DNA from: Squalus acanthias | Taxonomy: Eukaryota | Direction of reading: 5' to 3' | DNA: 59,893 nt | Assembly: GCA_030390025.1 (NCBI GenBank) | Contig: JASTWF010000355.1 | Span: 434,001 to 493,893, forward strand | In this document: positions 51,084-59,893 of the stretch, one piece after another | How positions within the stretch are numbered: the first letter of the stretch is position 1 | Layout: the number at the start of each line of letters is the position of its first letter | Translations under genes and position numbers: made by a program | The notes under the pieces: generated by a model | What the model was told of the DNA's origin: nothing | The model's input: only the letters and a program-made list of their open reading frames with translations | Databases searched by the model: none

Positions 51084-51792
51084 TAAGAAAATAAGAAATA
51101 GGAGCAGGATTAGGTCATACAGTCCTTCAAGCTGCTTCGCCATTCAACAACAACATCGCTGAACATTAACCTCAACTCTAATTTCCCACCATCTCCCTGT
51201 ATCCTTTGAATCCATTAGTGGCCAAAAATCTATCAAACTCAGTTTTGAATACACTCATCGACTGAGCATCCACAGCCCTATGCAATAGAGAATTTCAAAA
51301 GATTCACAACCCTCTGAGTGAATACATTTCTCAACATCTCAGTCCAAATCATGAGACTGTGGCCCCTAATTCTAGACTCTCCTGCCAGGGGAAACAGCCT
51401 CGCAGCATCTACCCCTGTCAAGCCAGCTAAGAATTTGAAATATTTCAATGAGATCACCTCTCATTCTTCCAAACTCCAGAGAATATAAGACCATTTTAGG
51501 TATTCTCTCCTCATAGGACAGCCCTTTCATCCCAAGAATCAATCTCGTGAACATGTGTTGCACCCCATCTAAAGCATGTACATTCCGCCTTAGATAAGGA
51601 GACCAAAATGTGAAAAGTACTCCAGTTGTGGATAACCAAAGGCCTATATAATTGCAGCAAAACGTATTTATACTTTTACTGCAAGCCCTTTGCAATAAAG
51701 GCTAACATACCATTAACCTTCCGAATTGATTGTTGTACCTGCATGTTAACTTTCTGCGATTCGTGTAAAAGGACACTCAAATCCCTCTGAAT
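51084..51792 (-). mobile_element. 5'-truncated CR1 LINE
   Basis: FWSPYLRR..LEFGRMRGDLIE on minus strand; ATAAGAAA tail repeats. Confidence 0.85.
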
Positions 51793-53689
51793 AGGGACAG
51801 AGGAAAACCCACACTCACATACCAGAGACTGTCAGTGACAGAGTAAAATCCTCAATCATATAACAGAAACTGACAGATACATAATGCAACCCACTCACAC
51901 ATACCAGAAACCAACAGGTACAAATAAAGCCCACACTCACATACCAGACACTGACTGGTAAAAAGAAAAAAAGACACTCACATCCCAGAGACAGAGAGGT
52001 ACAGAGTAAAACACACACACATATGGCAGAAACTGACAATTACAGAAAAAACCCACACTCACATCCCAGAAATATTAGAATTAGAAACAAGAGTAGGCCA
52101 CACGGCCCCACGAGCCTCACAGATACAGAATAAAGCCACACTCACACATCAGAGACTATCAGGTAGAGAATGATCACCCACTCTTCCATACCAGAAACTG
52201 ACAGGTAAAGATTTAAACCGACACTCGGAAACCAGAAACTGACAGATATAAAATAAAACCCACCGTCGCACATTACATCTAACAGATACAGAGTAAAACA
52301 CGCACACACATCCAAGAGTATGACATATACAGAGTAACCCCCCCACCACACATCCCAGATTATGACATATATAGAGTAAAACCCTAACACAATTCCCAGA
52401 ATATGACATATACAGTGTAAAACCCTAACACACTTCCCAGAGTATGACAGACACAGAGTAAAACCCCCACGTATCCCAGAGTATGACAGACACAGAGTAA
52501 AACCCCCACATATCCCAGAGTATGACAGATACAGAGTAAAGCCCACACTCACATCCCAGAGACAGACAGATACAGAGTAAAACGCTCATTCACACACCAA
52601 AGACTGACAGATACAGAGTAAGACCCATTTTCACATACAGAGACCAACAAACAGAGAGTAAAACTCACATTCACATCCCAGAAACTAGCAGGTTTTGATT
52701 GAAATCCTCACTCATACAATATTAACTAAAAGGTACATAACACAACCCACTCACACATACAAGAAACCAAAATGTACAAAATGAAGCCCGTCCTCACAAA
52801 CCAGACACTGACAGGTAAAAATAAAAATGCACACTGAAATACCGGAAACTGACAGAGACAGAATAATATCACACTCATTCACCTGTGACTGACTGATACA
52901 GACGAAACCCACACTCACATACCAGAAGCTGACAGGTACATAATAAAACACACCTTTGCATAGCAGAAAAATAAGATCGTGAAAAAGACACTTACATAGC
53001 AGAGACTGACAGATAAAGACGTAAACCCACACTCACGTACCAGAAAATTACAGATTCAGAGTAAATCCTTTCTTGCATAGCAGAAATTGGTAGGTAGAAA
53101 GGAAAACCCACACTCATGTATCAGAAACTGACAGGTACAGAGTAAAACCAATACTAAAGTACCAGAGAACAATGGGTTGAGAATAGAACCCACATTTACA
53201 AACCAGTTACTGACTGACGCAAAGTAAAACTCACAATCACATATCAGAAACAGTCAGTTACAGCATAAAACCCACACCCACACTTTAGACACTGATAGAT
53301 AGAGGATAAAAAATGCATTCAAATACCAAAGTCAGACAGACACAGACTAAAACGCACATTCACAAACCAAAGGCTGACAGAAACAGAATAAAACCCATTC
53401 TCACAGAACAAAAATTGAACGATGCAGAATAAAACCCACACTCACATATCAGAGACTGACTGGTAGAGTAAAACACAAAATTCACGAATCAGAAACTGAC
53501 AGTTACAGTGTAAAACCCACTCTCTCATCAGAGACTGACAGGTACAGAGTAAATTCCATATTCACGTACCAGAGACTGACAGGTACAGGTTGAATCACAC
53601 AAATGACACAGAGTATCGAGTGTGACAGACACAGAATGAACCCCACACTCACATACAGTACCAGAAAATGATAGACACATATTGACACC

Positions 53690-56600
53690 AGAGGAGGCGG
53701 ACCTGTGTGGGAGCGGCAGCGGGACCTGAGAGAAGGCGGAGTGGCCTTAAAGGAGCGTTGCAGAGGAGGCCCGACACCGGAGTGCTGTGAGTTGGGAAAA
53801 GAGTCCGAGAGCGCGAGCAGTCAAACAACAACAACAGCGAAACCGCTAAAGTGACGTCACAACCAGGGAAGGAGCTGATTGGTAATTAGGACCTGGTGAG
53901 CATTTCGACAGTCCAGTCGTTGAAGTAAAAGTAAGGTCTCCAGTTTAGAGTAAGTAGTGTTTAAAGTGAAGTGAGGTCCCTAGTGTATTTAATATTCTTC
54001 AATTTAAAGGAAGTAAAGGGAGTAAATTAAGGGTAGGACCTGGCATGGGAGCTCGGCAACGTGGAGTGCTCCACCTGTGCTATGTGGGAAGTCAGGGACA
54101 CCTACGGTGTCCAGGGCGGTCACATGTGCAGGAAGTGTCTCCAGCTGCAGCTACTCGAAATCCGCGTTTCGGAGCTGGAGCTGCGGCTGTAGTCACTCTG
54201 GAGCATCTGCGAAACATAGAAACATAGAAGATAGGAGCAGGAGTAAGCCATTCGGCCCCTCGAGCCTGCTCCGCTATTTAATGAGATCATGTCTGATCAT
54301 CCAAATTCAGTACCCTGTCCCTGCTCTCTCCCCATAACCCTTGATCCCTTTAGCCTTAAGAAATATATCAATCTCCTTCTTGAATATATTTAATGAATAG
54401 GCCTCAACTGCCTTCTATGGTAGAGAATTCCGCAGGTTCACCACTCTCTGGGTGAAGAAACTCCTACTCATCTCAGTCCTAAATGGCTTACCCTTAGCCT
54501 TAGACTGTGAGCCCTAGATCTGGGACTTCCCCGCCATCGGGAACATCCTTACAACATTTGGTCTGCCTAGTCCTGTTAGAACTTTATTAGTTTCAATGTG
54601 ATCCCCTCTCATTCTTCTGAACTCGAGCGAATATAAGCCTAATCGACCCAATCTCTCTTCATACGTCATTCCTGCCATCCCAGGTATCAGCCTGGTGAAT
54701 CTTCGCTGCACTCCCTCCAAGGCAATAACATCCTTCTTCAGATAAGGCGACCAAAACTGCACACAATACTAAAGGTGTGGTCTCGCCAAGGCTTTTTACA
54801 ACTGCAGCAAGTCATCCTTGCTACTGTACTCGAATCCTCTCGCTATGAAGGCCAACATACCATTTGCCTTCTTTAACGCCTGCTGCACCTGCATGCTTAG
54901 CATCAGCGACTGCTACACAGAGACTCCCAGATCGCGTTACACTTCCCCTTTTCCCAATCTATTGCCGTTCAGATAATAATCTATCTTCCTGTTTTTGCCA
55001 CCAAAGTGGATAACCTCCCATGTATCCACATTATACTGCATCTGACATGCATCTGCCCAATCATTCAACCTGTCCAATTCATACTGGAGTTTCTCTGCAT
55101 TCTCCTCACAGCACACACGCCCACCCAGCTTTGTGTCGTCTGCAAACTTAGAGATATTACATCTAGTTTCCTCGTCTAGATCATGAATATATATTATGAA
55201 TTACTGGGGTCCTAGCACCGATCCCTGCGGTACCCCACTAGTCATTGCCTGCCACTCGGAAAAAGACCCGTTTATTCCAACTCTTTGCTTCCTGTCCTGC
55301 CAACCAGTTCTCTATCCAAATCAGTACCTTACCCCCAATCCCATTTGCTTTAACTTTGCACGCTTATCTCATATGTAGGACCTTATCGAAAGCGTTCTGA
55401 AAGTCCAAATACACCACATCCACTGGATCTCCCTTACCTATTCTACCAGTTACATCCCCAAAAAAGCTGAGATCTTCGTGGATAGCACGTTTAACGAGGT
55501 GGTCACACCGAAGCTAAAAGAGTGCACAGGCAGATAGGGAATGGATGACCACCAGACAGAGTAAAAGAACTAGGAATGTAGTGCAAGAGTCCCCTGGGTC
55601 TATCTCCCTCTCCAACAATTTTCCGTTTTTGATACTGCTGGGGGAGATGGTTTCTCAGGGGAATGCAGCAAGAGCCAAGTCCGTGGCACTACGAGTGGCT
55701 CAGCTGCACAGGAGGGCAGGAAAATGAGTGGGAGAGCAATAGTAAGAGGGGATTCTACCGTAAGGGGAACAGATAGACGTTTCTGTGGCCGCAGACGTGA
55801 CTCCAGAATGGTATGTTTCCTCCCTGGTGCCAGGGTCAAGGATGTCACTGAACGGCTGCAGGGCACTCTGAAGGGGGAGGGCGTACAGTCAGAGGTCGTG
55901 GTTCACATTGGTATCAACGACACAGGTAGAAAGAGTGATGAGCTCCTGCAACAAGAATTTAGGGAGCTAGGGAGCAGATTAAAAAGCAGGACCTCAAAGT
56001 TTGTAATCTCTGGATTACTCCCGGTGCCATGTGCTGGTGAGTATAGTAATAGGAGGATAGAGCAGATGAATGCGTTGCTAAAGCCTTGGTGCAGGAGGAA
56101 GGGCTTTTGTTTCCTGGATCACTGGGTCTGCTTCTGGGGCAGGTTGGATCTGTACAAGTTGGACGGGTTGCACCTGAACTGGAACGGGACCAACATCCTT
56201 GCGGGGAGGTTTGCTAGTACTGATTGGGGAGTGGCGGGGGGCGGGGGTGGGGGGTTAAAACTGACTTGGCAGGGGTATGGGATACGGAGTGGAGCTATAG
56301 TAAGGGGTGATGCACAGCCAAATATCGAGGAAAAACAAGTCAGCCTGGAAGGCAGAGCAAATATGTAACGAGACAAGAGAGTATGGCAAGGCTGGCTGGC
56401 ATTTATTTAATGCATGAGAATTGCAAGTAAGGCAGATGAATTGAAGGTGTTGATGAACAGATGGGAGTATGATATTGTTGCTATCACAGAGACATGGCTG
56501 AGGGAGGGGCAGGACTGGCAGCTCAATATTCCGGGGTATAGAATCTTCAGGCGAGACAGAGGTGCGTGTAAAAGAGGAGGGGCTGTCGCAATATTAATCA

Positions 56601-59282
56601 TGGAGTCAATTACTGCTGTAACGAGGGATGATATCTTCGCAAGTTCCTATAATGAGGCAATATGGGTAGAACAGCAAAACGAAAAGGGGGCCAGCACGTT
56701 GCTGGGAGTGTATTATAGGCCAACACAGAGTCAGGGGGAGATAGATGAACAGATATATAGGCAAATCTCAGAGAAGAGTAGAAATAATTGGTTAATAATA
56801 GTACGGGTTTTCAACTTTCCCATATTAACTGGGATAGTCAGAGTGTGAAAGGCTCCGAGGGCGCGGAATTCTTAAAGTGCAACCAGGAGAGTTTTTTCAA
56901 GAAGCAAGTAGAATGTCCGACAAGAGAGGGGGGGCGGTAACTGGACCTAATTCTAGGGAATGTAGCCGGGCAAGTGATGGAAGTGTCAGTAGGGGAGCAT
57001 TTAGGTGACAGTGAGCATTATTCGGTGAGATTTAACGTAGTCATGGAAAAGGACAGAGATGGACCGGAAATAAAGGTTATAAATTGGTGAGGCAGATTTA
57101 AATATGATAAGGCAGGATCTGGCCAAAGTGAACTGAGATCAACTACATGTAGGAAAAACCACTCAGAGCAGTGGGAGGCTTTCAGAAAGGAAATAGAGAG
57201 AGTACAACGGCAACATATTCCCATAAAGGTCAAGGGTGGGACCAAAAAGCCCAGGGAACCCTGGATGTCAGGGATATACGAGAATGATTAGGAAAAAAAG
57301 GGAGGCTTTTGGCAGATACAAAGGACTCAAAACAGTAGAAGCCCTAGAGGAGTATAGAAAGTGCAGGGGGGTACTTACAAAAGAAATTAGGAGAGCGAGG
57401 AGGAAGTGTGAGAAAACACTGGTGGGCAAAATAAAGGAAAATCCAAAGGTGTTTTCTAAGTATATTAAGGGCAAGAAGAACAACCAGGGAAAGAGTAGGT
57501 CCCTTTAGGGACCAAACTGGAAATCTATGTCAAGAGCCAGAAGATGTAGATGAGGTTTTTAAATGAATATTTTGCATCTGTGTTCACTATGGAGTGGGAC
57601 GACGTAGGCATATAAATCAGGCAGGGGGATTGTGATAAACTTGAACAAAATGGTATTGAGAGGGAGGAGTTACTAGCGGTTTTAGCATGCTTAAAAGTGG
57701 ATAAATCCCCAGGCCCAGACCAGATGAACCCAGGCTGCTGTGCGAGGCAAGGAAGGAGGTTGCAGGGGCGCTGACACAAATTTTCAGAACCTCTGTGGCC
57801 ACAGGGGAGGTGCCAGTGAACTGAAAAACAGCTAACGTAGTACCATTATTCAAGAAGGGTAGTGGGGATAAACCAGGGAATTACAGGCCAGTGAGCCTAA
57901 CATCAGTGATAGGGACAATTTTTGAAAAAATTCTGAGGGACTGAAATAGTCTCCACTTGGAGAGGCAAGGATTAATCAAGGACAGTCAGCATGGCTTTGT
58001 CAGTGGGAGATCATGTCTGATAAATTTGATTGACTTTTTCGAGGGGGTGACTAGGTGTGTGGATCAGGGTAGTGCAGTTGATGTGTTCTACATGGAGTTC
58101 AGTAAGGCTATTATCAAAGTACCGCATGGGAGAGCGTTCAAGAAGGTAAGAGCCCATGGGCTCCAGGTCAACTTGGCACATTGGATCAAAATTGGCTTAG
58201 TGGCAGGAGGCAGAGAGTGATGGTCGAAGGTTGTTTTTGTGACTGGAAGCCTGTGTCCAGTGTATACCGCAGTGATCGGTGCTTGGTCCTTTGCTGTTTG
58301 TCGTGTACATTAATGATTTATATATGAATGTAGGAGGTATGATCAGAAAGCTCGCAGATGACACGAAAATTTGTGGGGTGGTAAATAGAGAGATTGGGAG
58401 CCTCAGGCTAAAGGACGATATAGATGGGTTAGTCAGATGGGCAGAAGAGTGGCAAATGGAATTTAAGCCTGAAAAGTGTGAGATGATGCATTTTGGGAGG
58501 ACTAACAAGGCAAGGGAATAAACAATGTATGGTAGGATCTTAGGAAGGACAGAGGATCAGAGGGACCTTGGTGTGCATGAACATATATGCCTGAAGGCAG
58601 CAGGACAGGTAGATAAGGTGGTTAAAAAGACATATGGGATACTTGCCTTCGTTAGCCTGAGGCACAGAATATAAGAGCAGGGAGGTTATGATGGAGCTGT
58701 ACAAAACGCTAGCTAGACCACAGCTGGAATAATGTGTGCAGTTCTGGTCGCCACACTATAGGAAGGATGTGATTGCATTGGAGAGGGTTGAAGAGCAGAT
58801 TCACCAGGATGTTACCTGGGCTGGAGCGCTTCAGCTATGAAGAGAGACTGGAACAGGCTGGGGTTGTTTTCCTTAGAGCAGAGAAGGTGAAGGCGGGACC
58901 TGATTGAATTGTATAAAATTATGAGGAGCATAGATAGGGTAGATAGAAAATAACTTTTCCGCTTAGTAGAGGGGTCATTAACCAGGGGGCATAATTTCAA
59001 GATAAGGGGCAGTAGGTTTAATCGGGATTTGAGGAAAAACTTTTTCACCCAGAGGGTGGTTGGAATCTGGAACTTCCTGCCTGTAACGGTGTTAGAGGCA
59101 TGAACCTACACAACATTCAAGAGCATTTAGATGAGCACTGAAACGCCATAGCATACAAGGCTACTGGCCAAGTGCCTGGGAAAATGGGAGTTGAATAGAC
59201 AGGGCTTGATTGCCGGCGCGGACACGATTGGCGGAAGGGCCTCTTTCTATGCTGTACCAAACTCTGTGACTCTATGACTCTA
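53690..59282 (+). mobile_element. Near full-length CR1 LINE (GC-rich 5' UTR, ORF1 zinc finger/SGNH esterase, decayed ORF2 EN-RT)
   Basis: ORF1 VECSTCAMWE..CRKC, GDS, CFLPGA, VHIGIND, DGLHLN; ORF2 ITETWL, YYRP, QHGF, KLADDTK; GACTCTAT tail at 59260-59282. Confidence 0.9.
54211..55464 (-). mobile_element. 5'-truncated CR1/HER1 inserted antisense into ORF1 of the host CR1
   Basis: GAAACATAGAAACATAGAA tail; RT motifs on minus strand; host ORF1 resumes as SICE|AEIFVDSTFNEVVTP. Confidence 0.9.
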
Positions 59283-59289
59283 GGGAGGA

Positions 59290-59893
59290 AAATGGCTTGT
59301 GAGTTAGGATGGTGGTGAATGTCTCGGGTGTGAGTTAGGATGAAGGGTAATGATCTTGATTAGTTAGTATGAAGGGTGAATGGGTCTTGTGTGAGTAAGG
59401 ATTGAGATGGGTGAACGGGTATCGTGTGAGTTAGGATGATGGTGTGAAGGGTCATGGATTATTTTAGGATGAAGGGTGATTGGGTCATGTGTGTGGAGTT
59501 AGTAATGGGGTGATGGGTCTTGATGTGAGTTATGACGATGGGTGCACGGCTCTTGTGTGTGAGTTAGGATGATGGTGAATGTCTGTGTGAGTTAGGTGTG
59601 AATGGGTCTTGGTGTGAGTTAGGATGATGGGTGAATGGGTCTTGGTGTGAGTTAGGATGATGGTGAGTGGGTCTTGGTGTGAGTTAGGATGATGTGTGAA
59701 TGGTCTTGGTGTGAGTTAGGATGATGGGTGAATGGTTCTTTTTGTGATTTAGGATGGTGGGTGAATGGGTCTTGGTGTGAGTTAGGATGATGGGTGAATG
59801 GGTCTTGGTGTGAGGTAGGATGATAGGTGAATGGGTCTGGATGTGAGTTAGGATGATGGGTGAACGGGGTCTTGGTGTGAGTTAGGATGATGG
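59290..59893 (+). repeat. ~33-bp G/T-rich tandem repeat running off the window
   Basis: Unit GAGTTAGGATGATGGGTGAATGGGTCTTGGTGT. Confidence 0.9.

Overview
Repeat-dense vertebrate DNA, most likely from a cartilaginous fish (inferred from a GPR139-like receptor, HER1/CR1 LINEs and Deu-domain SINEs). It starts with a frameshifted GPR139-like GPCR exon. At 7134-15237 is a decayed enveloped LTR element with a tRNA-Arg(TCG) PBS, gag, a heavily deleted pol that keeps a retrovirus-type RNase H tail, and an env resembling a class I (paramyxo/pneumovirus F-like) fusion protein with an apparent N-terminal Ig domain; it is best read as lokiretrovirus-like. At 15626-20134 is a very young Ty3/Gypsy element (LTRs differ at 1 of 215 nt, 5-bp TSD) whose PBS position holds an inverted copy of its own LTR, suggesting self-priming. 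The rest is an A/C-rich satellite matrix (39, 40 and 41 bp variants, ~6.1 kb higher-order repeat) with many CR1 insertions, a duplicated H2B-fragment/tRNA-Gly cassette (one tRNA-Gly(TCC) looks intact), an H4/H2B remnant, a near full-length CR1 with a nested CR1, and a terminal 33-bp G/T-rich repeat. Family assignments come from recalled motifs, not searches; boundaries of degraded repeats are approximate.
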